DNA of 64,000 nucleotides, from the NCBI GenBank assembly GCA_032718475.1, contig JAUCBJ010008403.1:4151-68150 (forward strand), in the 5' to 3' direction. The stretch comes from Nemertoderma westbladi. Taxonomy: Eukaryota; Animalia; Xenacoelomorpha. The number at the start of each line of letters is the position of its first letter. The stretch's first letter is position 1. Positions 50,901 through 64,000 of the stretch are shown one piece after another. The position numbers and the translations under genes are program-made. Under the pieces are notes generated by a model that was not told where the DNA came from, did no database searches, and saw only the letters and a program-made list of their open reading frames with translations.

Positions 50901-53900
50901 GGCCTGGATGGTCATCCAGTACTCCACCGGTTTCTGGTTGAGGTCTCCTTCGGGCCACCATAGAAATCGTAGGCTATCTCGATCCCTATCTAGCACCTTG
51001 ACTTGTAAGAACATGCCTTCTATATCCGAGGCGAAAGCGATTGAATACTGTCTAAGTCTTAAAAGAATACCCAACAAGGATTGAAGTAAGTTGGGTCCTG
51101 GTAACAATTCCGAATTAAGGGATTGGCCCATGTAGAGAGCGGAGCCATCAAACACTACTCTCACTTCATGTGGTTTACCGGGTTTGGGAACGTAATGGTG
51201 AGTTAAGTAATACGTTCTTTCAGTTACAGGTGTTTCTTCCGGTACTCTCTCCACGTATCCCTTACTAATAAATTTCTTCAGCTGTGTTTGATACATTTCT
51301 TTAGCTGAAGAATTTGCCGTAAGGCGTCGATGGAGTTGCGCGATTCTTTTCTCCGCCAAGGGTCTGTTATTGATGAACTTCGGTTCTCTCTTGCGGAAAG
51401 GTAGACCGATTTCATACCTACCTTGATCTTTGAGGAAACGTGTAGTTGTCTCTTGGATCTGCTTGGCCCTTTCCTCTTCCACCGATAAGGCCTTATCGTA
51501 GGAATTGGGCTCTACCGCCTCTTGCGTAAAGAATCGTACGGCATGTTCATCCCGAGTCTTGGCATTATAATGTTCAATGACGTCATTTAGCACGTCGTTA
51601 TACGCTTCTCGTTCTGATGGATAGAGAAGTTGACATAGGTTCACTTGGTTTTGCCAAGCCTCGTTTTCCTTAAAGGAGATCAATGGTATTCTCCTCATCA
51701 AAAAGTTGGTGAACGTCGTCGTTATCTGAGGAGTATGGAGTTCCCTCAGTTGGATCGTCTCCCTCACTAGTATCATCTTCCCATTCACTCACTTGGCAGA
51801 CGCGATCTTGAGGTAGTCTTTCTCTGAGTGTTCTACGGGAAGGTCCAGTAAGATACCAACCTACTCTAGTTCTTACCGCATAGGTCTGAAGTGGTTGCGG
51901 TTGAGCAGGCCGTTTCTCCAATGTCTCCAGCGCCTCATGCGCGTTTTGACCGATTAATATTTGTACTCCAGGATAATCGGTGTCGAATCTAGGGATGTTA
52001 AGTTGTTGGGCATGATCATCTTCGTCCCAATTATAAGGTTCCACTTGGGTGGTAGCGAAGTTCTTTATTGCCACCATTTTTACTGACCTTATACTGTGTT
52101 CTCCTAGTTTATCCTGTGGAGTGGACAACGCACCTACGTAATAGTCGGCAGCTACAGTAGATTTCCAAACCTGCATGATTCCTGACATGTTTAGCTTGGT
52201 TCGGAACTTGGGTTGTCCAGCAAAGATGTCTTCGGCTAGTTCTTTATCGATGAATGTTCCTGTGCTACCGGAGTCCAGGAGGGAGTTCATTATATAGCTC
52301 TTCTGAGGTCCGTGGACCCGTAACTGGACTACAGGAAATTCTCGGATTCCTACATTTGAAGTTGGCGCTTTCCAAGATTGTTGTTGATCCGAAGTAGTTA
52401 AGGTAAGGTCGTTGTCTGTATCTTTTTCATACATAAGCGCTCGATACACAGCGGTATTTATCATATAGCAGGATTCGTTTTCGTCGGAGAACTCGTCCGT
52501 ATAGAATCCTTCCATCTCAGAACCTTGGTCGGTGTCGTTCACATCACTGAATTGGACATGTAATTCGGAATCACTTACCTGACTCGGGTTGGTTCGCTCG
52601 AATTCAGTGTGCAACAAGAGATGATGCTTCGCACCGCACTTTGCACACCTTATGTCAGAGTAACAGGTTCGCCGTTGATGTCCTTGTCTGAGGCAATTGT
52701 AACACAACCGCTTATCCCACATGACTTCCCGTCTCTCTTTTAATGATTTCTTTAAGAATTCATCGCACATATTCAAGCGGTGAGTCCCATCACATAGTAC
52801 ACATTTAGGTTTGATGTTACTGACCTTATTTTGGGTGACATTGTGCACACTCGTTCTTTCTTCAGACTTTCTCACCTGAATTCTTTTAGGAGACGTAGGA
52901 GGGGTTTTTCTTACCGGTTCCCTTCTGTCATTGGGTCGAGACTTGGATTTACTCACATGGTCTTTAGGCATTTTATTGACATAATAAGATCTGTCAGTGT
53001 CCTTTCCGCTGTCCTCTCCTTGAGAAGTCTGGCTTTCGCCATCGTCGGTATAAAAAAATGGTGTTACTTTTCTCCTGGAAAGGGGTTTCTCACTTACCTT
53101 GTTTTCCGGTGTCTTCTCTCTGGACTGCTTGAGGAGTTGCAATTTCACTTCTCCATCCAAGAATGACATAAGATCGGCCATGGTAGGGTCTCGTCGTTGT
53201 TGTTCCATCATGTATAGCACCTTCTTATCCCAGCGCGTGCCTACCCCACCTTTCGGTAAAGTAGAAGCCACAGCTCCAATGACCATAGAACTTTGGTATT
53301 CATGAGACTTACCTAACCAATCTAATTGTCTACAGATCTCTTGAATCTCATCGGAAAACTCTATTATCCCACTGCTGATGAACTTTCTGGGCGCTACTAA
53401 TTTTGCATACAAATATTTAGCGATATTATTCCTATTACCATACCTGATGTTTAGTGTATCCCAAACTTGTCTTAATCCGTCTGGATGTCCAATAAACTTT
53501 AACGCCATTAACTTGGAAGATCCTTCCAAGCACTCGATGAGGAATCTAAGTTTATCTCCGTTAGATAGTACAGAGTCCTGTATGTTATCTTTGTAATATT
53601 CATTAAAAGGTAACCATTTCATCTCATCTCCATTGAACTTGACGATCTCTCCAACCTTTACCGCTTGCCGGGCTTCGGTTCTAGCCATTTGACGCGTAAA
53701 ACTTTCTTGAGCCATTGTATTATTGAATAGAGAATTATCGGTATATAAATTTCTCGGATTATGATCAGGTCTATATGGAATATCGCTATCAACAGGTTTA
53801 TAATTACCCTTAATAGGGTTTCCTATAGGAGTTTCTACTTCGCTAGCAGTATAGATGCGTGTAGGCTCCACACCTTGCGCATGGGATACTTCAGACCTAA

Positions 53901-56024
53901 CGGGTTGACACATTGTTACAGAGGGTGGTGGTATACCCTTTTGTAAGTTTACTAATTTATTGCGTTCTAACGCGATACTTTGCTGCACTTCTTGCAACTC
54001 TAACTTACTTTCCCTCACTGTTCCCTTAAGTTGGTGAACAGTCCCTACCAAATCTCGGACCTGCCGGGAGGAACATTCCTGTTGTTCCCTCAGCTGCCCG
54101 AGCAAGAGACCCATCTCCCGTCGTCCCTCATCCACCCAATCCGCCGCCAAAGCGGGGTCCGCCAACGTTGTAGCGGGCAGACGAGGGACAACGGGCGATA
54201 AATCTTTAATATCTCGCTCGTTGTCCAAAACTGGAAGTGACTTGGGAACAGTCTTACTAGGCACAGAGGGCACAGATAGTTTGGTGCTGTGCAAAGGGAA
54301 TCTAGAGGTTATTTCCGGTAGTACAGGTGTCTCTAGCACCGAAGGGGTGGCTTCGAGAACAGGCCTAATTATTTCCGGCTCATCTACTATAGTAGGGAGT
54401 TTGTTTACGGTAGTAATTTGGTCTGTGGGTTCTGTACTACCTACGGTTGTGCTAGCTAATTGTCTTCTAACAGCTGGGGGCAATTCGGGCAATTTATGAC
54501 GGTAAGACGTTCTTTTACGCCTACTGAGACGAGATCTATTTACTCCACCTTCAGGATCGGTGGTATCCCCTTCCTCCGATGATGTATAACCTTGGCGTTT
54601 GGAAGTAGATCGATTCACCATCTGATTCGATTATCAGTTAACTGTTTATTTATGTGGTCTTGCGTCTCTTGCAGATTTTCCAACTCCAGTTGGGTAGCCT
54701 CTTCAGACGCTCTCCGTTCGGCTTCTGCCACTGCCTCCGCTGCTTTTTTGTCTGCTTCGGCCGCTGCCATTGCCGCTGCTACTGCTGCTTTTTTGTCTGC
54801 TTCGGCCGCTGCCATTGCCGCTGCTACTGCTGCTGCCTTTCTGTCTTCTATCCGCCTTTTCTTTACTTGTTCTTCTTGGGCTCTGGCTATGCTGAGACGC
54901 TCATCAAATTTAGCTTGGTTTGCAGCTAACATTTCAGTATCGATTGCGTCCAACACATGCTTGGCTCCTTCACTATTAGGGGAAAGTCCAGCCAGCCGTC
55001 TCCTCAACTCTTCGTCTCCTAGGAATCGCTGATAGTCGGACAAATAAATGTCAATAGCGTCTCTAGTTCGCGGCTTCTCTGCTGCTGTTACTTCGCTTTC
55101 CACTTGAGAAAAGGTGGCATCGGTTGATTCTTCATAGTAGTAGGGGCGCTCAGCCAACTGAACCTTCCACTTGTCGGTTTCTTGAACCTTGAGGCTCACC
55201 CGCTGGAACCACGTCTTGACAGCAACTTGCAACGACGTGTCCTGCTTTCTTTTGGATGTTTCCTCAAAAGCCGATAGGATTAGTCTAATGCGTAGAGTTC
55301 TTTCGCATACTTGATAAAGCAGCTTTTCCTGCTCTTGAGGTCCTCGTTGTTGTCGAAACAGCTGTTCTTCTAAACGCTCCAAAGAACCGAAGAACCCTTG
55401 TACATATCCAGCTGCCGACCTCTTCCAAACAGCTGGATCTACGATGTCTTTGGCCACTCCCATCCGGTGTATATCATCCCAGGTGGCCTCCGACAAGTCA
55501 AATGGGAGTCCAAGTCCGGGGAAGTTCCACTGTGACTCGACAATAGACATCAGTTCTTCCCTCGCGTATCCCGCATAACTATCTTTGGTCGACTGCCCAC
55601 TTCTAACCCAATCGTGTAGGTGTTCCTCCACCGCAACTAACACCTTAGTTAATACTGCTGCCGGAAGAACAAGAAGGGGGTCCGAATAAACTGTATCCGC
55701 CATCTTCGCTCCGCGTTCGGGCGTTAGCTCCACAGTATCCGAACTACTGGAGCTATCGGGCCGCTGAGAACTAGGTTCTTGGCTAGGAGGTGGCTGCTGT
55801 TTGACAGCTGCTTCTTGATCCCGCTTAACTTGGGCCCGAGTACCGATGATAGACCTACGGTGTTGGATTAGCCTAGGGTCTGATATTACTACTGGAGGGG
55901 GAATAACCTTCCTTACAGTAGGAGGTGATCTGAACTTAGGTCTCGTCGGTTCCACACCCCTATCTGAGTCACAGATGGTTGTATCTAGGATACTGTCTGA
56001 TAGGTTTTGCTTGGTGTCAGACAT
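47905..56024 (-). pseudogene. gag-pol of element C (disabled)
   Basis: Six ORF pieces closely collinear with the 2705-aa protein of B; frameshifts near 54630, 51670, 49690 and 48945; CGA>TGA at ~50635. Confidence 0.93.
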
Positions 56025-58347
56025 TTCGGTTTATATAGTTGATACAGTTGAATGCCTACTGCTATAAATACAGTTAAAGCAAGTCTAGTAATTCAGTATC
56101 ACTGCTAGCCTAGTAATCAATTAACTATACTGCTACTCAGGGTAGCTGTATATGTACACACAATGTATTAGAATACCGGTATACACTTATAGTATATATA
56201 AGTATTATTACAGGCTAGGTTTGTCACAGAATACCGGTATGTGATTTCAGCACAAATATATATAAATATATAATAGGCCTATCTTGAATACCGGTATACA
56301 GCTTACACTTATAGTATATATAAGTATAATTATGAATTAGAATTAATTACAGAATACCGGTATGATTTCAGCCTAAATTTATAGAAATAAATATAATAAG
56401 CCTATTGCAAATACCGGTATGTCAATTATTTTAAATAATTGAATTTCTGAAATTTAAGGTTACTTGGGTTACTTTGTTACTTTACTTACTCTATTACCGT
56501 TACTTGAGCAGTAGTCTAACTGATGTTAAGACCTAAAGGTTGTATAACAGGCCTACTATTTTATAAATAAATTTTGATTTTATTTTATAATATATATATA
56601 TACCCGTATGAGGGTTTTGTTACAATATTGAAATAGATGTTATTATTTCTGGGAAGTAATCACTACACAAAAAGCTGTGCGCTCTCAGTGAAGTGCTACT
56701 TATAGGACACTAAAACAAATAATTCTACTTCCTAAGTTACTTATCTACTAATTACTTACGATTCGGGTGAGATTAAATCTCTAATTAAACACAACAAAAT
56801 ATTACGTACGAAATTTTTAGGGTAATTTTACAGGGAACTATAACCAGTCTAACAGAAGGTTAGAATTTCTGGTTATTACAACAGACAGGATACTATAGTA
56901 TGTGAAAATAATAAGTAGTAGTAAATATACTGCGCTGTCCAGATAGGAAAATACCACCGTCTGACGACCTATAGCCGTAGCGCTATAGGTACTACGTTAT
57001 GTATCACGGAGTGTCCCTACCTAGAGATTAATTACCGCGGTCTACCAGAACCAACGTGCCTATTAACCACTTTACAACACAAATATACCGCCTACACACT
57101 AATTACTTTCGGAAAGCACTGTACGCTAAACCCTAAATTAGGTACAAGTACTTATAAAACAGATAACCAGCAGTTAGAAATACTTGAACAGCTAAAAGAA
57201 CCACGGTATCTGCCGGAGTGACCAAAGCACAAAATCTCCAGTCTTTACCTACGCCGAGCAGCCCTGATGTAGTACCGGGGTTAATTTAACTATAACGGTA
57301 TGTATAACAAGCACAATTACTGTAGGAATAAACTTGGGGACATGAATGTTGCGAATAATCGCATAAACTCTGAATAATAAATATTACGCTACGCGTACAA
57401 ACTACTCAAACAAAATGCAAACTAAATGCTGACAGACTACTATCAAGCCCAAACAAACTACGGTATGTGCAGACTCCGAAATGGTTAGTTAGTATGCGCG
57501 CTAACCGAGTAGTACGACTTATTCTTTAAGAGGGGGTTTACCTCACAACACTGGAAGCCCCTACTTCCTAACTGGCACTTTATCGGACATACACTCTACA
57601 CACAACGCAATCCCTCGGACCTAATAACAGCTAGGCAACAATTCAGCCTACAGATTATCTAAATAAGAATATTACGCTACCCGTACAGACTACACAAACA
57701 AAGTACAGACCCAAACGTTGGCAGACTACTATCAAGCCTAAATAAACCACAGTATATGCAGACTCCAAAATGGTTAGTTAGTATGCGCGCTAACCGAGTA
57801 GTACGACTTATTCTTTAAGAGGGGGTTTACCTCACAGCACTGGAAGCCCCTACTTCCTAACTGGCACTCTTTCGGACATACGCTCTACACACGCTACAGT
57901 CCTTCAGACTCAACAACAGTCAGACAACAGCTCAGCCTACAAATTCTCTGTACAATCTGAACAGGCTTACACGCCTTCTGCTCAATATTGGCCTACAAAT
58001 AAATAAAACTGACAGAAATAAGTAAAATCTCAATAAAAAACCAGGGCGGCCATTCCCTGATTAAGTACTAAGACCTACCGGTATAATAATCAAATCGAAT
58101 AATACTAATGTACTTATACTGGAAGTACCGGTTAGGACAGTTGAGCCTACGGACCTACAGCAGTACCGGATCAGGCAGTTGGGCCTACAGACCTACAGCA
58201 GTACCGGGTCAGGTTTACCGGTCGACCGGTACTTTCAACTTTATTGCTTACTGCAATAAAGAAGCTATATCCGTTATTGTTCTTACCAGAACAATATTAA
58301 ACTGTATTTAGTGCCTACACTGCAATACAGACACATATATCCGTTAT

Positions 58348-59548
58348 TGTTCGCGCTTTCAGACCTTTGGCAGTTTAACCCGCCAAATTAGGATGTCTTC
58401 TAGATAATAAATCGCTTTTAGCCTCTGACAAGTATTTGATTCACTACACTAGTCGAAACCAATCTGTGCGCGATCATTCACCCGCTGGATATACCCGGGA
58501 GATTGAGTTCGACGGCTTAATCTTATTGCTATGTAAGACTACTGTATTATTCGACTGATCGTATTATATAATCTCTGACAATATTATTCACCTTCGGGGA
58601 ATATTAACAGTTCCTTTAGGACGTGGCGCTTTATCTATATAAACAGAGTTATGACTTAAACTACACACAACGATATGGCTTAGTTATAATTCACATATAT
58701 GGCGCATTCTTTAGGAAATGCTTCGTTATCAGTCTCACTCATACACAATGCTGCACAATACTGCACACTAATCTGCCGACCTTCACTAATTTTAGTCATA
58801 TATAAAAGGAACACAGACCGACTCATGTAGGGTCTATCAAATAACATTAGATTCACTTCAAACCACTTTAACATAAGTCGCAATCGTTATATGTAACCGG
58901 TCTCTCTTACCTTCGGTATATCAAGAATATTGGGGTTTTCGGGATTATTTCTCGTTATTCCAAATATAATATTTCATCAACCATATATAGTGAATAACCG
59001 ACAGTAAATAGCAGTATAACGATATAAAAGTATATACGATAAGATATATGCATTGCCCAGTTGAGTTAGGTCAGTAAGTAAGATAACGGATATATGTCCT
59101 TATAATTAAGCCTACTAGTGTTAGGCTAAAAGCAGAAAAGCACAAAATATTCCAAAGCCGTTCTTTCCTGGCTCAGGACAGAATGTAAACATTGCCCATA
59201 ATGCATTGCGTGATTTCTAGGAAATTTCTGTACAAGAGCAGTAAAAACGCTCTGATTGGTTGACTGAACTGAGAGACACCATAGAACAAAGAAAATCAAC
59301 ACGTATGCAGATCAGCTGTTAACCGTCGTCATAGTAACTACTGTTTCAAGAGGATCCAGCTACTTTGCGTCATAGAATTGCCATAGAATCACCAACCATG
59401 TCTTCCAAAGTACACATACGGAAGAAATAGCTCTTAGGTCCTCTAAAAAACACCGATACAGCAATAATACGGCTTCTTACGCCTACTAAACCAACTACAG
59501 AGTATTTTAAGGGAAAAATAACCGGGCAATTCCGCAAAAGCTTTTACA
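58348..59548 (-). repeat. 5' LTR of element C (1201 bp)
   Basis: Sense termini TGTAAAAG...GCGAACA; homologous to the B LTR at both ends and through the 3' half. Confidence 0.96.
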
Positions 59549-59638
59549 ACCAATCTCACTTACAGTTTCATTTATATACCACTAGAGAGAAGATAATAAA
59601 ACAGTTTGTCAGAACATTTACACCTTTCCATCCAACAT

Positions 59639-59650
59639 TGGCGCTGCGAG
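59639..59650 (+). other. tRNA primer-binding site of element D (probably tRNA-Ser)
   Basis: TGGCGCTGCGAG one base after the 5' LTR, complementary to a ...CTCGCAGCG-CCA tRNA 3' end. The Ser assignment is from recalled tRNA sequences. Confidence 0.75.
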
Positions 59651-59794
59651 TACAGATTCACATTCACATTTTACATATATTAATTACATAATTTAATTTC
59701 AAATTACAATTTGAAATCTTACAAATCAAATTAACTTTGATAATTAATTGTGATTGTGTAACTCAAACTCAAATTACGGTACAAACTTACGAGA

Positions 59795-62700
59795 ATGGCA
59801 AACGCACCTGCAATGGGAACTAAATTTACAAACATTTGCAAGGCATTTAATCCAGATTCAGATAGATGGGACACTTATCTATTAATGTTCAATACAATTC
59901 TACGTACAACTACATGGAGAAGAGCCGATGGAAATTTAATGGAACCGAACGAAATATTACAGGCTGAAACAAACATGTTCATCGCTAATTGTGGTTTACA
60001 AACTTTAGATTTACTATCTGATTTGATGTTTCCAGCAGACATTTCTAAAGAACCATTCGAAAATTTAGAAAAATCACTTACAAAATATTTCAGAAAAGGT
60101 AAATCAAAAGAAGTCGAAAGAAAACGATTCATACAAGCGACTCAGACATCGGGAGAAAACATCACGGATTTCGCCAAACGTCTAAGAAATATTTCAAGAA
60201 ATTGCGAATTTCAAGAAGCATTAGATGACCGTTTACGAGAACAACTAATTGCTGGGGTACGAGACGAACATGTTGCAGCAGAACTAATACACGCGAAAGA
60301 CATTTCATTTTCAGAAGCTTTGGTTACAGCAAAAAATTATGAAGAGGCATATAAAGTGGCACAATCAGGTAGGAAACCAGAATTTGACACGTTTCGCGTC
60401 ACTACACAAAGTTCAGGATTTCCGAAAGATAAATATCGCCATACAAAGGTAAGATCTCCTTCATATAAACCTTACAAATCTGCAGAACATTACAATCAAT
60501 ATTCTATAACATGTTATCGGTGTGGGAAACAAGGACACAAATCAAACCATTGTCGACTAAATCCTAACATTGTTTGCTCATTTTGCAACATAAAAGGTCA
60601 TGTAGAAAAAGCGTGCATTAAAAAACAAAAGACTAAAAGTGTTCGCTTTCAGGACAAAAAACCTACATCCCATGCTGTAGACATTGAGAATGTTATGGGA
60701 GATAACAATGAAGGAAACAACGATAACATATATTTGCAAAGTACGGAAATAAGCGATCCACATACCATAGATAAAGTACAGCTTCCAAAAGTGGATTCGA
60801 TCGTGTTACAAACACGAATTAATGAAATACCTCTTACAATGGAATTTGATCCAGGGGCAAAACACAGTGTCATATCATACGAAATATACAAAAACAAATT
60901 CAGCAATGAACAATTACATGAATGTACATCAAAATTACGAGGATTTTGCAAAGGGATTGCGGAAATACGAGGCGTAATTTATGTTACAGTGAAAATAGAG
61001 AATGCGCCAGAATTGATCGCAATGCCACTTATTGTTGCTGAAAATTGTGAACACATACCACTATTCGGTTTGTATTGGATCAAACGAATGAAATTAATGG
61101 GTTGCAGCATAGATGACATGATAGAACAGGATATTACTAAGGTACACCAAGTGATAAATTCTGAGGGTTACGACAAACGACTACAAAGTTTACTGGAAGA
61201 ATATCGGGACGTTCTTACAGGCATTGGCTGTTACAAAGGGCAAGAAACCTGCATTCGTTTAAAAGATGAGAATACGAAACCAAAATTTTTACAGGCCAGA
61301 ACGGTACCGCAGGCATTCAAGGAAAAGGTCATTGCTCAGTTAAAGCACGACATAGCAGAGCATAGATTAGTTCCACCTGAGTTAAACGAAAATATAGAAT
61401 GGGCAACACCCTTGGTGGTAACTCCAAAGCCAGACGGTTCAGTGAGAATATGTGGGGATTACAAGAGTACAGTTAATCCTTACCTCATAGAAGACCAATT
61501 TCCACTCATAACCACTGAAGAGTTATCTATGAAATTCCAAGGCAGCAAAATATTTTCAAAATTGGATATGGCAGCCGCATATAATCAGCTTCCCATAGAT
61601 AAAAACAGTCAAACGTTACTAACATTAGCTACACCCTTGGGTTTATTGAAACCAACCAGACTACCCTTTGGGATCACCCCTGCTGCTTCGAAATGTTTAA
61701 AGGTTGTTAACCGGGTATTACATGAAACTAAATCAGTAACATATGTTGATGAAATTCTGATAGGATCACCGAATATACAGGAACATTTCGAGACATTACA
61801 GTCTGTTTTTGAGGCATGCAAACAAGCAGGGATAACCTTAGGCCTCAAGAAATGTCAATTCCTGCAAACAGAAATAGAATTCTGTGGCCACATAATAAAT
61901 GACAAGGGATTTACGGCTGATCCAAGAAAAGTGACAGCAATACAAGAGTTACAAATACCTTCCACGAAAAAGGAATTACAAAGTGTGATGGGTACAATGA
62001 ATTATTTACGAAAATACATCCCCAAATATGCTGAATTATCCCATCCATTGTATAAATTACTACAAGGCAATACATTTACATGGAATGAGAAAGCTACAGA
62101 AAGTTACAACTTACTTAAAACAGCTATTGCGCAAGCAACACTTTTACACCATTACAATCCAGATAGGATACCATTAATTATAACAGATGCTTCGGAATAT
62201 ACAGTATCAGCAATACTTGGACAAAAAGACGAGGAGGGTGAATTTAAACCGATTGCATTCGCATCTGAGAACTTAGATAAAAGACAACAAGCATATTCTC
62301 CTTTGAAATAAGCTCCTTTGAAACGGATATTATCACCTTCGAAATCATTACCAGTTACAACGATATCACGATTACAACATTGGGCAGTTGAGTTAGCCGC
62401 TTACGATTACACAGTTGAGACAGTAAGATCAAATGAGAACATCACAGATTCGTTATCACGTCTTACACCGCCTTCAGTTTCAACATATTACGACGACGAT
62501 ATTGATTTGCATAGTATAGATTTACAACGTAAACAACTTATTGACGATTTTCCTATAAGTAAACAAAATATCAGAAAAGCTACACACACTGATAGTACTT
62601 TAGGACATCTAAAGAATGCTATTGAATGTGGAGAAAGTATTCATGGAATCAAAGGAACACCTCAATTACGATTTTACAAATCGATTGAAAATGAATTAGC

Positions 62701-63649
62701 AGTTAATGAAGGTATAATAACACATGGAACGCGTATTATTATTCCGGAAATACTACGTACGAAGATTCTAAATGAACTTCATTCAGCTCATATTGGTGAA
62801 AAACGCATGATACATCAAGCATCAGAAGTTTGTTGGTGGCCAGGGATGGCAGAAGATATCAAACTTTACATACAGTCATGCATTGCTTGTCAGCAATTTG
62901 CCAATTCGCCATCAAAGACGTACACGCCATTACAAAAGTCAACTGAACCTTTCCAAAGAGTCCACATAGACTTAGCAGAATTGGAAGGATGTCAGCTATT
63001 AGGATTAGTTGATGTTTATTCAGGTTGGAAAGACATACGATTAATGAAAACTACAACATCCACTGCTGTAATTTCCCAATTGAAGAATATTCTATCTTTC
63101 ATTGGAGTACCGGAAATTATATTTACGGATAATGGACCTCAATTCGTTTCAAATGAGATTGAAACATTCTTTACCAACAATGGAATTACACATTGGACGT
63201 CAGCACCATATTCACCATCATCAAATGGAGCAGCTGAACGAATGGTACAAACGATGAAACAATCGCTCAAGAAACAAGGAAATGATAAACCAATGTACGA
63301 TCGCATAAGTGACTTTCTATTACAAGATAGAAATTCCGCTCACCAAGGATCACGAGTGTACAAAGTTCGCATTGGAGATATCGAGTTGAAAAGGAACGTA
63401 AATCAGCTACGAAGAAGAAACACCCCGTGGATACATCAAGAAGAAAGAAGAACACGTCTACAACTTCCTCCATCTACAAATAGACAACCAAGATTAAGTC
63501 GATTACAAGAAGGAATGACACATCAACGTCGAGAACGAGAAAGGGAAGAAATAATACAACCCGTATCGCAGAACACAGATCATCCACCACGAACTAATAC
63601 GGTTACAAAAACTTTAAGAAGTGGAAAACAATACACTATACATATTTAG
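59795..63649 (+). pseudogene. gag-pol of gypsy element D (defective)
   Basis: CYRCGKQGHKSNHC and CSFCNIKGHVEKAC; protease site reads FDPGA; VRICGDYK; LPFG; YVDE in place of YVDD; stop plus apparent RNase H deletion at ~62300; integrase HHCC, TDNGPQF, SNGAAERMV; C-terminal part of integrase appears deleted. Confidence 0.9.
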
Positions 63650-63751
63650 ATATATATATTATTAAATAATTACGCGAGATATATTTGCATGAGTGTGTTA
63701 TACAAACTTAGCGTTACGTTAGTGCAAGTATCATTCATTGCGAGGGGGTAT

Positions 63752-63897
63752 TGTTAGACTAATACAAATACTAATATCAACCGCAGGATGGCGCATGTAA
63801 ATATATCTACTAATCTCACTTACAGTTTCATTTATATACCACTAGAGAGAAGATAATAAAACAGTTTGTCAGAACCTTTACACCTTTCCATCCAACA
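63752..63897 (+). repeat. 3' LTR of element D (146 bp), preceded by PPT GAGGGGG
   Basis: Matches the rejoined 5' LTR with 2 substitutions. Confidence 0.95.
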
Positions 63898-64000
63898 AAC
63901 TGAACAAACAACAGTTAGTGTGTAAAGTGGCACTTTACATTGTGTTAAACTGAGTGGTGCATTCCGTTGTCAGACGTTATTAGTGTACATGGCTACCACA

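Larger units (their letters stand above)
24794..59548 (-). mobile_element. BEL/Pao LTR retrotransposon C (~18.8 kb without B), inserted in the 5' LTR of D
   Basis: 1201-bp LTRs (58348-59548; split copy 24794-24916 + 40884-41961); TSD ACCAA at 24789-24793 and 59549-59553. Confidence 0.95.
24732..63897 (+). mobile_element. Ty3/gypsy element D (Mag-like; ~4.4 kb without the nested inserts)
   Basis: 146-bp LTRs TGTT...AACA (5' copy split 24732-24793 + 59554-59637; 3' copy 63752-63897); TSD AACTG at 24727-24731 and 63898-63902; two CCHC knuckles in gag; PR-RT-RH-IN order. Confidence 0.93.

Overview
Animal (probably invertebrate) repeat-rich DNA with no recognisable host gene. Contents: a 5'-truncated L2/CR1-type LINE (~298-2036); a 20.2-kb BEL/Pao LTR retrotransposon A (4137-24378, minus strand); and a triple nest in which Mag-like Ty3/gypsy element D (24732-63897) carries BEL/Pao element C (24794-59548, minus) in its 5' LTR, and C carries a related BEL/Pao element B (24917-40878, plus) in its 3' LTR. 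All four LTR elements show 5-bp target-site duplications. Main observation: none of the three BEL/Pao elements has a tRNA-type primer-binding site. Instead, the 10-15 nt directly after each 5' LTR are exactly complementary to a segment inside that element's own LTR, ending flush with the LTR edge, with compensatory changes between B and C. This suggests tRNA-independent self-priming. The same elements carry, in the env position, a ~1400-aa non-envelope ORF with a DEDDy-like 3'-5' exonuclease domain and zinc knuckles. Element A also hosts a tandem insertion bearing hammerhead ribozymes in a tRNA-like frame. All alignments and motif calls were made by eye.
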